A DNA stretch of 61,684 nt, filler included, from Chiloscyllium plagiosum (GCF_004010195.1; 4 parts of one record of this genome joined end to end with filler, not necessarily neighbours in it); one strand, 5' to 3'. Positions 47,451-60,499 are shown, numbered from the whole stretch's first letter. The notes: generated from the letters alone by a model not told the origin. Made by a program: numbers and translations.

Positions 47451-48309
47451 TCGACATTGAATGATTTTACTCATTTGCTCCCAGAGGACAATCGTCCCAG
47501 TACTGTGATGAATCCAATGAACATTCTCAACGCATCTTCAAAGCCAAGGATTCCCTTCTCCTAGTTGGGGATTGGTTCTTCATTGAACTCAATGTGTGTG
47601 CTCAATAAAAGCAAAACAATTGCAGCAAGATTTTCAGACAAAGATTTTGCAACCTGCTTGCATTAACGTTTGTCCCAACAGTTGCATTCCTTATTGTCGT
47701 TTGTTTGTGGATGATAGAATTTCCTGAATCTTTCTGTTTTTATTTCATATTGGCGGATGTTGCAGCTGTTTATAATAATAGTGATTTCTAGCGGCCACCA
47801 GAGAGCACGGTAGCTGATAATGTGAAATGAGACAGCAGTAAATATTGACCTCCGAATGAACGTGTCGCTGATTTGCAGTGATAACAGTGTGGCTGAGCTT
47901 CGTATTTATTTTGGAGGAGGACAGGTTGGTTCTAAGACGAGCGCTTAAAACCGAAGCAAGGGAAAAGGTATCAGATAACGAAGTTAGGGTAAGCTGAATT
48001 GAAGTGGAAAATTGCATCAGAGGATGGGGCAGTACAGCATCATCATGTCACTCAGACTGTAAAAGCCACGCAGAAGAAACAAAACACCTTCAGTGCAGGC
48101 ACAATGACAGGTAAAGTGGGAAGGAAACAAAGCAAGACACAAAGATGGAATGCAACAATTTAATGTGAAAGGTTTCAGAATACATCCTTTGTTAAATGCT
48201 GACTGCCGTCTCCTTGGAAATTTGAATTTCTTGCAGTGTAACGGTAATATTTGCCTTGCTACAACACAGGCCAAGAGTCAAGGACACATTACCTTTTGTA
48301 AAAGTGTGG

Positions 48310-48660
48310 CCTTCTGAAAGCACGCTCCGGCCATCTACCAGAATTCATGACTTCAAAGATCTCCTCTGCGCTGTCCAACGTATTTGCTGTTCCTGTAGTC
48401 AGATCTCAATAGCTTTACCTTGTATCTTCCTCAACTCCCTGTTTCCCGTAAACACTTCAAATGTGAACAAATCAGCAGTATTTCCACTTTCCCTCATTGT
48501 TCGTAACTCCCTTGTTGAAAAAACGTGCAATTAACCAAGTTGCCTTCTCTGGCTCTCACTCTGGTTTAATCTGAATAGTGAAGTGCACTGTGTCTGATGG
48601 CAGGACACCCTGCAGGATTTTCAGACAGCGCCATCCTCCCTGTGACATGTACCTGCTGGG
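48310..48660. repeat. Distant paralog of the Asp-flanking segment (2300-2620 / 14090-14400)
   Basis: GAAAGCACGCTCCGGCCATC...TCAGATCTCAATAGCTTTACC...GTAAACACTTCAA...CCTGTGACATG. Confidence 0.7.
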
Positions 48661-49383
48661 TAATATTCTGTTCTGTAGATGTGTCTTGGCTTTGCCAATA
48701 TCACTGTTGTCTAGCTCCCTGCATTCTGTTGGTCGAATTGTGATTCCACTCCGAATCACAATGTGTCACAAACCACCTTAGCTGTGCTGTGTCTCCACAG
48801 GGATAAATGTGCTTCTGTTTTGGTATCATTCTCTTGCCTTCTCCCTGTAACTCTGCACACTTTTAGTTTCAACATAAACATCGAATTAGTTTTTAAATAA
48901 CTTGATTGAAACTTTGTCTTTGTCAAGTCAGGCAATGTAAACAGACCCTAACTACTCCCTATGTGAAAACGTTTTTCCTCATGTACATTTTTCTTCTTTT
49001 ACTTTTCGGCCTTCTGCTCTCCAAGGAGAAGTATCCCAACTTTCCAAATGACCTTTATTGTTGCTATTCCTCATACACCACACCATTCCCATCAACCTGT
49101 TCAGCGCTGTTTCTAATCATTTCACGTTCCCATTTCCTAAAGGTCAATATTCAGAACTGTGTGAACATCCAGATGGTGGATATATTCAGAGTGGGATTGT
49201 GTGTGTGAACATCCTGAAACATTTGTTTCGCTTTTACCACGTATGGTACTGTGTCATGCCCACTACAATGACACTTCTGACCCCAAAACACAAAGTTATT
49301 TCAAGGGGTGCAACTTCATAATTTGCACCTTTTTAATCTAACAGTTGATAGGGCGACCGGGCAAAAGTGAAATCTAACAACCA

Positions 49384-49473
49384 AGGCTCGAAGGCGACTT
49401 GAACTAAGAATTCCCACATGCCACTATTAACATAAGCTACGAAGCGAAGATAATACCACTAGACACTCTTGCA
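49384..49473 (-). pseudogene. tRNA-Pro-like pseudogene with a ~19-nt insertion after the anticodon
   Basis: Reverse complement GTCTAGTGGTATTATCTTCGCTTCG[...]TGTGGGAATTCTTAGTTCAAGTCGCCTTCGAGCCT. Confidence 0.6.
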
Positions 49474-50969
49474 TTTCCAACACCAAACCAGCTGAGAGTC
49501 ACTCTGATCCAACTACATCCCACTTTGCTCTCGGATTTCGAAGCAGCAAAGAGTTTCAAGAATATCACCTACTCATTCCCTCTCCTTGTTCGCGGGATGG
49601 TGCTGTTTATCCCTTCTGTTTGGACCAAGCTGTGTCAATTGGCAGATTATTCATCTATTTCCATCCACCTGCAGGTAGTGTGAGGGGTGGCAAGCGCGAA
49701 TACGCTCTAAAGCTCTCTCTCAACGGTACAACCACGTCCCTCAAGTGCTGGAAATCAGCAACTTGCTCCCAATATCATTTATCTGAGAGAGCGACAAAGA
49801 TGTTGTGATAGTGGGAAATATAGAAATGTTCTCCCAATACTCTTCCCTCAGGTAAATTCATGTGAGGGCATTTTTGTGCAGACTGTTTGGTGTTCAGAAT
49901 CCATCTTCACACAGCAATCCTGCAGAGAAGTTTTTTCTAATACGGACATCTGTTTCTTTGCTGCAATCGGGCAGCAGTTAGCATCTGAGCCCCAACTGTC
50001 CGAGATGAAGAGAATCCGAGTAAAACCCTCACTCACTGAGAGCCATTCCCACAGCCCTGAGCAGCAGGCTGCAGATAATCTAACTTGGAAGGAGGGTTAA
50101 AGATAAGACATTGTTTCACCCTCAGCCACTCTGTCCCAGAAACAGGAGGAGGGACAGCATCAATGCGTGGCGTCACTCACGCGCCGGCAGAAGCCGTTCA
50201 GCCCATGAGTCCACTTCGACTCTGTGTCACCTGTATATCTCTGTGGTTATTCATAATTGGTGATGTATGTCCTAATAATGCGGAACTGTACATGTGTCGT
50301 AATGCTGTCTCCAACAAGATGATCCAATTGCCATTCACGGCTTTTCATTTCACAGGGAGGACATTGCTGTGTGAAACAGCGTGGGGAATAAATGCAGGGC
50401 GTCATGCGCACAGAGCACTCTGCAACTGATATATCTTACTTATACGAGTTCATTCCCAGCTCGGGCAAGTGATTTTGCGAATCAGATCAGAAAAGACAGA
50501 TAGAGAACAGGAAAAGAGCTTCCAGACATTCACAAGTGTGTTTCCTCACCTGTGGAGAAAGTGAGGTCTGCAGATGCTGGAGATCAGAGCTGAAAATNNN
50601 NNNNNNNNNNNNNNNNNNNNNNNNNNNNNNNNNNNNNNNNNTTAATTAATTAANNNNNNNNNNNNNNNNNNNNNNNNNNNNNNNNNNNNNNNNNNNNAGT
50701 TTCCCGTTTTATATCCCGTATTTTATCAGTTTATCTTACGTTTTCAATAATTTCAATCAATCTTTCTCCTGATTACCAATCCGAGAATGCCACAATTTTC
50801 TCAATTTATATGCTGTGCCAGCTGAAGGGTGCGGTGAACAAGTGGAAAGGCATTGGTCACGTGAACTAAATAAAAGTCGCGGGGTGGTGGAATCTGGCCG
50901 TTCCATCGCAGTCATATTTAAAATATTTAACGCAATCTTTAGCCAAATCATATTGGCAGAAAATAAGAA

Positions 50970-51158
50970 AACAAAAACAAAAAAAAATGCTGATGTTGAA
51001 AATCAAACTAAAATGACGTTGCTGGAAAATGTCAGGACGTCTGGCAGCATCTGCGGAGAGACTGAACCAATGGATGTGAAACTTTAACTGTGATTCATCT
51101 GCACAGATGGTGCCTGCACACCTGTGATTTACAGCAATTTCTGTTTTTGTTTCAGATT
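50970..51158. mobile_element. Short foldback repeat made of two inverted PLE-type tails
   Basis: TTGCTGGAAAA..CAG..GTCTGGCAGCATCTGCGGAGA followed by TCTGCACAGATGGTGCC...CAGCAATTTCTGTTTTTG. Confidence 0.55.
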
Positions 51159-51164
51159 GGCAGA

Positions 51165-52612
51165 TTTGAGATGTTGTACTGGAAAAGGGCAGCATGTCAG
51201 GCAACATCCGAGGAGCAGGAGAATGGACGATTTAGGCTTAAGCCATTCATCAGGAATTAGGCTTGTGTGTCTGGCAGAGGGACAAAGCTGAAGCCAGGTG
51301 CCAACTCGCAGGCACTTCCTCCTACAGACCACGATCACAAACTCTCCTCCCCTCACCAAACCATCATCTTGCAGACCATCCACAATCCCATTACTTCTGG
51401 GGATCTCCCTTCCACAACCTCCAACCTCATTGTCCATGAACCGCGCACTCCCCGATTCTACCTCCTTCCTAAGATTCACAAAGCTGACTGCCCCAATCGA
51501 CCTATTGTCTCATTCTGCGCCTGTCCCATCCGAATAATCTCTTCCTACCTCGACATAATCCTATCTTCCCAGTTCAGGAAATGCCGACTTACATTCGTGA
51601 CACCCCTATGCGCTTCACGTCCGCCAAGAATTTCGTTTTACTGGCCCCCAAAGCGTCATCTTCACCATGGATATCCAGTCCCTGTAGACATCCATCTGCA
51701 AGCCTTCCATTTCTAAATATCACACCATCCCAACCAGTACCCTTCCACCGACATCCTCATCCACCTGGCTGAACTGGTCCTCACAATCAACAACTTGTCT
51801 TTCCAATTCTCCCACTTCCTCCATCGAAACTGGTAGCCATGGGAACCCGCATAGGGCCTAGCTATGCCTGTCTGTTTGTCAGATACGCGGAACTGTCCAT
51901 CTTTCGCAATTACACAGGCACCATCCTCCATCTGTTCCTCCACTATTTTGATGAATGTTTGGCGCGACTTTGTGCTCCAACGAGGAGGTTTAATAGCTCA
52001 TCTCAAATTTATCCGGATCATCTTGGCAACTTCACTCACCTTCCTGGACCTCTCCATCACCGACTCTGGCGACTGAACAATTGCAGACATATACTACAAG
52101 CGCACCGACTCCCACACGTATCTAGACTACATCTCCTCAAACCCTATCTCGTGTAAGAACGCCATTCCTTATTCCCAATTCCTCCACCTCCACCACATCT
52201 GTTCCCAGGATGACCAATTATATCTCAGAAAGAGCCACTTGGTCTCCATCTTCCACGATCACAAATTGCCTTTTCACGTGGTTGACAGCGCCCTCGAGTT
52301 CATCTCCTCCACTTCACACACCACCACCCTTGAAGCCACGCCTCTCAACGCAACAAGGACAGAACCACCTGATGCTCACCTTACACCCCATCAAACGCGG
52401 CATAAAACGTATCATATTCTGCCACTGATGCCACCTGCAAACAGACACCATCGCCAGAGATATATTTTGCTAGCCAGCCCTGCCAGCATTCCGTAAAGAC
52501 CATTCCCTTCATGACCCCCTCTTCAGGTTCACACGTTCACCCAACAGCCCACAGCCCTCTCCTGGCACCTTTCACTGCCACCAAAGGAAGAGTGAAACTA
52601 GCACCGACACCC
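51165..52612 (+). mobile_element. Degenerate PLE family 1 RT region (51290-52612) with a 5' inverted pLTR (51165-51260; decayed hammerhead at 51222-51257)
   Basis: FYLLPKIHK...RPIVS and MGTRIGPSYACLFV. Confidence 0.92.
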
Positions 52613-52739
52613 ATTCTGGAATGGGTGAAAATAGATAAGTCCTGATCCCATTTATCCTAGGATTCTCTGGGAAGCATAGGAGTTAATCGCAGTGCCATTG
52701 GCCTTGGCCTTGGCCTTGATTTTTATGTCCTCGTAAAGG

Positions 52740-54150
52740 GCACCCTCCATTAAATTGATGCCATGTTCCTAACCTCCCTACACTCCAGGTCCTGCATCCT
52801 AAAACTACAGTCTAGGTTCTCATGCCCCTGCAGAGTTAGTTAACCCCCGCCCCTCCAAGAGCACGAGCAAACCTCCCGCCAAGGATACTGGTGCCCCTCA
52901 GGTTCAGGCGTAGACCATCCTGTTTGTAGAGGTCCCACCTTCCTCAGAAAGAACCCCAGTTATCCAAATACCGGAATCCCTCCCTCCTGCACCATCCCTG
53001 CAGCCACGCATTAAAAATGTTTTCTCTCACTATTCCTCGACTCTCTATCACGTGGCACGGGTAACAAACCAGAGACAACAACTTTGTTTGTTCTAACTCT
53101 GAGCTTCCAACCTAGCTTTCTGAAAGCCTGCCTAACATCCTCAGCCCTCCTCCTACCTATGTCGTTGGTGCCAATGTGGAACACGACTTCGGGCTGATTC
53201 CCTTCCCCCGAAGGACCCGGAAAACACGATCAGAGACATCACATACCCTTGCACCTGGGAGGCAACATACCAAACGTGAGTCTGTCTCACCCCCACAAAA
53301 CCGCCTATCTGTGCCCGGAACTATCGAGTCCCCAATTACTATTGCTCTGCTCTTCTCCATCCTTCCCTTCTGAGCCACGGGGATAGGCTCCGTGCTAGAG
53401 GTCTGAGCCACATTTCTTACCCCTGGTAAGTCGCCCCCCCACAAGGATTCAAAACGGTATACTTGTTCTTGAGGGGAACGGCCGCAAGAGGTCCCTGCAC
53501 TGGCTGCTTTCTCCCAGTCCTCCTCACTGTCAACCATCTATCTGCCATCTTTGAAGTTACTACTTCCCTAAAGCTCAGATCTATGACCCCCTCTGCCTCC
53601 CGAATGATCCTTAGTTCATCCAACTCCAGCTCCAGTTCCCTAACAGTTGGAGGAGCTGGAGATGGGTGCACTTCCTGTAAGTGTAATCAGCAGTGACGTC
53701 CATGGCATCCCTCACCTCAAACATGTTGCAAGAGGAACATTGTACTGCCTTCACTGTCATCCCTCTAAAGCTAACCTCTTTTTAAAAGTTGGGTCTAAAG
53801 AACAGAACAAGTAAAATGCAGCACTTACCTATTAACACAAAACAAGTCTTATTATTAGGTTAGAGGAGGAGGGCGGGTGAGAGGCACTGCCTCGGTAGTG
53901 CCTCTGGTTCCTCTCCTGCGTGCTTTTATAGGAAAAAATAACCTGCGTCGGTAGGCTTACACTATACCTGCTTCCGGGTCCCGGCTGCCCCTCTGTTCTT
54001 CGTCACTTCCCCCTGCTGCTCCCCCTCTTTCTGTGAAGAGAGACAGAGAGAGAAAAAAACACCTCTTCCCGCTACCAGAAAGTAATTTTAAATCGAACTG
54101 TCTCACCTTAGCTGTAGCCTTTCGGGTTCGTTTATACTCAGCTGCTGCTC
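52740..54150 (-). mobile_element. CR1 LINE 5' UTR + ORF1 (coiled coil and SGNH/GDSL esterase-like domain), frameshifted
   Basis: VRELELELDELRIIREAEGVID and AIVIGDSIV.GTDRRFCG...VCCLPGARV.DVSDRV. A small plus-strand ORF2 piece adjoins at ~52613-52735. Confidence 0.92.
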
Positions 54151-54762
54151 CCACTCAGCCATTGTGTGTCAGGCCGCAGAAAGCTCATCAATATGTAATG
54201 CGAAGAATGGAGCACTGTTATAGCGAAATACTGGCACTGGCAGTACACATACTGAAAGCTGGAATTGGCAACGAGCAGAGGATGCTTTTCCTCCATTAAT
54301 GTCTGGATTATGTGCCCACCACGATCCCTCTGGGCCGCTCTGTTAACCCTGACCACAGCAATTTCCCGCAGTCTTCAGGTTTTTCTAGCTTGTACCTTCG
54401 AGGATTACGTCAAAATATCTTTACTGTTATTGTGTGATACACTGTGGCAAAGATGTGTCCCGGCTGTGTCAATATTACTACTCTGTAACTTCCCAAATTC
54501 TGCTGTTTTAATTGCAAATGCAATCAGAATCACAAAATCTATCACGCTGCAGACTGAAGCCATGCAGGCCACCTTCGCTCTGCTGGCTCCACACATTGAG
54601 GTAATGACTGTGATTTGATTGACTGATTATCATATGAACCTAATTTCATTGGAAAGAGTTGTTTGTGAAAGGTAAAAGCAGATCATAATAATCAAGGACA
54701 TGCAGAACACGGTGTGAGAAAAGCAAAATTTGTCCAGACTCAGGAATTCTGGTTACTACGTA

Positions 54763-55594
54763 TAGGACGTGCACTCAGCAAAATCCACATTGGCAAGATC
54801 AGCATTATTTCAAGTTAGACAATCCAATTCTCAGAGTAGCAACGGCCGAGAAGAAGCGATCTTTGGACCTACTTGTGTATGTTTTCATCTTTGGAATCTT
54901 TCTGTGAACTCGATCTCATCGAAATCATATCTTCTCAGTCAACAATGAAGTAGTGTGCAAAACCCCAAGGCTCATCCGCAAGGTGAACCCGAGACCTCTC
55001 CCACGTATGTCACCTGTCTGAGGCAATAGCACACCAGAGCCAGAATGGTGGCAGAAGTCGTAACCATAAATCAGCTGAGTTTTTTTGTTTTTTTTCTGTT
55101 TCAGAGTGAAAGAAGCACAGAGTTTTCATCACAGCTCCTTTCCATTCTGAATCGTTTCTCCAAGGAGGCTCTGCTTGCTGCTTTCCCGGAACAGGGCGGT
55201 CTTCATTGATAACTGGACGAAATCACATTGCATTGTCACGTAGTGTTGGGGGAGAGCAGCTTGAATTCGGTCTTCATCTCCCTATCAAACACGGATATGT
55301 GGAGCGGGGTAGGGGTCAGCCGGGTGTAGGAAGTATGGAAATTCTGGAAAAGTGAAGAAAAGTGAGATTGTGCATGCACAAGAAATCATCTTCTGTTGGC
55401 AACCCTTGTCCAAATAATGCGATCTGAGACAGATAGAAAATGCAGAACTACGAGGAAAGAGTGAGTCTCTCCCCATTATTCGGGAACAGAGTCTGTGCTT
55501 CTCGAAGTCACAGAGAGGCGTCTGCTGTCTGAATAAGCATGGAATGTTACTGCAGCAAGTCCCGTCGCTCACGCAGCTGATGTGTACACATTTT
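54763..55594. repeat. Inverted duplication arm; partner 44450-45256
   Basis: See partner. Confidence 0.9.
54968..55041 (-). pseudogene. tRNA-Pro pseudogene with a ~13-nt insertion after the anticodon
   Basis: Reverse complement ...ATTGC CT CAG A [CAGGTGACATACG] T GGGAG AGGTCTCGGGTTCACCTTGCGGATGAGCCT. Confidence 0.7.
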
Positions 55595-56129
55595 NNNNNN
55601 NNNNNNNNNNNNNNNNNNNNNNNNNNNNNNNNNNNNNNNNNNNNNNNNNNNNNNNNNNNNNNNNNNNNNNNNNNNNNNNNNNNNNNNNNNNNNNNNNNNN
55701 NNNNNNNNNNNNNNNNNNNNNNNNNNNNNNNNNNNNNNNNNNNNNNNNNNNNNNNNNNNNNNNNNNNNNNNNNNNNNNNNNNNNNNNNNNNNNNNNNNNN
55801 NNNNNNNNNNNNNNNNNNNNNNNNNNNNNNNNNNNNNNNNNNNNNNNNNNNNNNNNNNNNNNNNNNNNNNNNNNNNNNNNNNNNNNNNNNNNNNNNNNNN
55901 NNNNNNNNNNNNNNNNNNNNNNNNNNNNNNNNNNNNNNNNNNNNNNNNNNNNNNNNNNNNNNNNNNNNNNNNNNNNNNNNNNNNNNNNNNNNNNNNNNNN
56001 NNNNNNNNNNNNNNNNNNNNNNNNNNNNNNNNNNNNNNNNNNNNNNNNNNNNNNNNNNNNNNNNNNNNNNNNNNNNNNNNNNNNNNNNNNNNNNGTGGCG
56101 CCTGTCTTCAAGAAACGAGCGAGACTGTA

Positions 56130-57200
56130 AGCAGGACCCACTTAGCCTCACCATTATTGCTGGGAATCTGTGAAAGTCTGTTATTAAGGAAGGGACTGCA
56201 GAGCATTTGGAAAAGCTTCACACATAGTCAGCACGGTCTTGTTAAAGGCGAACTACATTTTGCCTGTAAAATCATGCAAAGTCTTTCTGGAAATTCATGA
56301 GAATGTAACTAGTGGTCTTGATAAAGGGGGACTGGTAGACATGAGGCTTTCCAGGGATTTTCCGCAAGATATCACTAAATAAATGTTCTTCCACAAGACA
56401 GAATCTCATAGTATGATGGATAATGCATGAGCATGGGATGACAGTTGGTAAACACTTAGAAATCGGAGAGTCAGGACTCATCGATTTTATGATAAAAATG
56501 TATCTACTGGAGTACCACAAATATCAGTCCAATGGCAAGAGCTGCTTACAAGAGCTGCACTCAGCTCCTGGCGGCGGGAGCTGAGTGCAATACATATTCG
56601 AGTTCGAGGACGACACTGACAACCATAAGGCAGCTGTTATTAAATGGAGAGAACTCCTAAAAAAAAGGAGGTACAACGGAGTGGCGTGTAGATGTGTCGG
56701 AAACATAACGTCAGCATGTTTTTGCAGAAATGTTGGTTCATTAGACTGGTTCCTGGGATTAAAGGATTGAATTATTGAAGGCATAAAAAATACTGAGGCA
56801 ATTATTCATTGTGGTTTAAATGAATGAGGGTGGCATAACTAAAACGGACAAGATACAGAGGGGGCTTGACAATGTCGGCATTGAGAATATGATTCCACAC
56901 TAGGACAGAGTCTCGAACTCAGATATGTAGATACAGAGTAAGGAATATCGATTTCAAATTGAGATTTAAAGAAATGTCTTCTTTCAGGGGTAGTAAATGA
57001 CTGGAATTTACTAACCCCGAGAGTTGGGGAGGTTTGGTCTCTGATTGTATTTACAGATGGGTGGATTGGTTTGTGACATTTCAGCGAGTTGAGGGATGCA
57101 AGGGGTTAGCAGGAAAGTGGAGTTGAGCCGTGGAGTAGATCAGCCATGTTCTTATTGAATGACAGCGCAGGTTCCTATTTCTTACGTTCTTATTTATGTT
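56130..57200 (+). mobile_element. Degenerate CR1 ORF2/3' fragment
   Basis: Remnants of SQHG.VKG, FEDDT (FADDT) and a CR1-type 3' UTR. Confidence 0.7.
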
Positions 57201-59899
57201 TTTGGAAAATAATTGATTATTTTCCTGGAAGTCATGATGTAAGATGTTGCATTCAGAGACAGCAGAGGATTTGTCTGAGTTGACCTTGTGTGGGGCATGG
57301 GGGCGGTATTCAATGCGAATCTGGGCCTGTAACATGACCGACATCAGGAGCAGAAGTTACAGAGAGGAGAAGCATACAAAGAGGGATTGGGGGAGGGGGG
57401 TCACTGACTGACACAGCCTGGATATTCTAATACATTTCCCTAACTACACAAAACTATTAGAGTAGCCTCAATCTGCTCCTTCACAGCAGGACCGAAGGGC
57501 TGAATGGAACTTCAGAACATTGGGCTGACGGACACGACTGGGCCATTCGGCACTTTGACACTATTCCACCAGTCAATAAGGTCATGGCTCATCTCATTGT
57601 GGTCCCAGCTGCACTTTTCTCTGATTTCACAATGATGCCTGATTCACCTATCTATGGAAAATCAGACAAAGCCAGCCTCGATATAATATGAAGATTCAGC
57701 CCTCCCAATCTTCTGGGTGAGAGAATTCCTACTTGAATGAACTCCCACTTTGTGAATTTCTTCTTACTGCGGTCCTGACTGGGGTTGAAGGGTGTCACTG
57801 TTTCCATTTCTAATCCCACTCCTCCACTGCTCACAACAAATTTTAAATGTAAACAGGTTGGNNNNNNNNNNNNNNNNNNNNNNNNNNNNNNNNNNNNNNN
57901 NNNNNTTAATTAATTAANNNNNNNNNNNNNNNNNNNNNNNNNNNNNNNNNNNNNNNNNNNNAAAGCACAGCAGGTCAGGTAGCATCAGAGTGCCAGGAGA
58001 AATGACGTTTTGAGCATTATTTAACTCTTGGAGGTGGTACAGAAGAGATTTGTTATCGGGGAAAGTGAAAATGCAATTATGAGGAAAGGTTGAAGTGGAC
58101 GATGTTGAGAGGAGATTTGATTAGCCTGCACATGTTGTCAAGGGCCTGGATAGAGAGGGAGAGACTATCTTGTTCTTATTGGAGAGCTCAGTTACCATCA
58201 GCAAATATTTAATGTAATTGGTTGAAATATTAGAGAAGTAGTGAGGAAAGTTGTTATTTCACCCAGAGTAAGGAAGGGATCTGGGAGTGATGCATGGAAT
58301 CGGAGTCGAGGCAGAAACTCTGGAATTTTTTAAAAATGTGCCTAGATCTGAACCTGAAGTCATACAGTCTCTGTGGAATCATAAAAGAATGATTGTTTTC
58401 TTTTGAAAGGATGAAGCTGTGTGGCACCTTCTTTTTAATCAGTGCATACAATTTCGAGAGCAATCTGTGTTGTAGAAATTTCTGATATTTAGACAATATC
58501 TAGAGAATCAATGCAAAGGGATCGGGGAGAGGACAGAGAGGAGTAGTGTGTAAAGTGATTAGCATCACAAAAACACTGATCCCAGCCTTTATATACAATT
58601 CTGCTTCATTGTGGTGGTCTTTTTAATCCTTCTTGTATAAATGCTGAAAGCCTTTGTTATTCGGTTATCAGTCTTGGTCAATTGCAGCCATATCTGTCTT
58701 GGTTCTTTCTATTTGTTCGACTGTTTCATTGGCCTTGTTGAAAAAAACAAGAAGGAATTTGGAGATGACAGCAAGTACCAGAAATCATGATGAATGTAAA
58801 TTTGGGAAAAGTTTACAGAGATAGAAAGGTGTGCGAAGACAGCGGGATATTACAGATTTATGGATTGTTCTAGGGAATGAAGGACATTACAAGGACAAAG
58901 ATAGTTTTAAGTTTTGGTTGAAGTGAAAAGTCAGCTGGATCAGCCAGATCAATATTTCGTCTACAGTAAACTTGCAAAGAGAAACTCGCCACAAAACCTG
59001 ATGAAAATGATTTCCGTGTCTGTATCAGAAAAAGAATACAACGGATGTGGGAGATGGTGGGACGGCTGAGTGGTGTTGGGAGAAGTGGTTAAGGCACACA
59101 AGGCCTACAGATAGAGTTCACACTGTGACAGGTGAACTGATCTGTCCTACTATAGAGATTCGGGTCAATGATGCAGACTGAATTCACACCAGATGAAACA
59201 AGATTTGTTCTCATAAAATAATTTTCAATTGTAACATTTCAGGAAGTGAGAATTCAATCTTATCTGAGGCTCTGTTGAATTGACCCTGGTCAAGAATTCC
59301 TACCTGGGATTTGCTGTCTTTCAGCAGTCACCTCTGTTGTAACAATGTCAATTCGGAATCACAAGGAGATATGGATACAGATAGGTAAGTACATTCAGAA
59401 CTGAACAAGCCCAGCACATTAGGTCTTTATAGCTACTCGCATCCATTCTGAAAAGGAGTCCCACAATCAGATCAGGAAAATCCCATGCTTCCTGTTTTGC
59501 CTGAATATTGTCAGCTGCTCTCACCTATCCTGGAACTGATCTCCCAAATACGATTTGGAAGATTACAGACTCTGCCCAGCCTTTGCAGGGTCAGCTGCTC
59601 GCACCTAATCTAGTATGGAGTCCCACAGTTAGAACAGGCAGATCCCAAAGTCAATAATAGGCCCATACATTTGAATTTTAATAACATGTTTTCCTCTTCA
59701 AACTATAGCCAAAAAGGCAAACCACAGGTTATTTTCTCTGTGCCTACAAATATCAGTCTCAGTGACATCCTTCATGTTCTGTTATCTTCCCATCTCTGTA
59801 GATCCTCTACTTTCTACAAACAGTCATACACTTATGACATCCTTCAAACACAATCTACCCCTACTCCCGAAAAGCCATTCCTCCTCCTGAAGAAAGTCA

Positions 59900-60470
59900 C
59901 AGACATACAGGCCGATCAAGTTTGTGAATGAGATTAGAGATAATAAGGACGTTATAGGTGAAGGGGTTTGAGATAGAGAGCTTGCAGAAGAGAAAAGAAA
60001 GCCTTGTACTGGCACTGCAGTAGCTTAATAAGACGAGGTTCTCCTGTAAGGGACGGAGAAAGATCCACTGAATAAAGAACAGTGTAATGGCTGGAGGAGG
60101 TTATGGAGATCATGAGATTTGTCAGGGCGGAGGGGGTTAGTGACATTGATGATTGTGTGAGCTGGAGGAGATTGAAATGATTGGGAGCTTTCTATGTATC
60201 GGAGTAATTACAGACAAAGGGAGACCTGTCAGGCCTTGAGAATTATTACATAGGGAGGGAGTATTTAGAGGAGATTGCAGAGAAAGAAGGTTTATAAAAT
60301 AGCCTGTATGAGTTACAGAGATAAGGAGGGGTGCTTTGACTGATGGAAGTTTCAGAGGTAAGAATGGATCGCACCGGATCAGTGAGGTTATGGAGACACA
60401 GTATTATTCGAGTTGGAGAACTCTTGAGACATTGCACCAAACCACACAGAAGTCTTAAAGCACAGAAGTG
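59900..60470 (-). mobile_element. Degenerate L2-like 3' remnants, apparently repeated
   Basis: Reverse complement ACCCCTCCTTATCTCTGTAAC (PPYLCN) and related blocks at ~60220 and ~60050. Confidence 0.4.
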
Positions 60471-60499
60471 TATCATTTGACCCACGATATTTGCACCAG

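Noticed and set aside
54844..54860. U2 snRNA 5' end on the minus strand
   Set aside because: Short interrupted match with no continuation; not kept in the paralog at ~45160.
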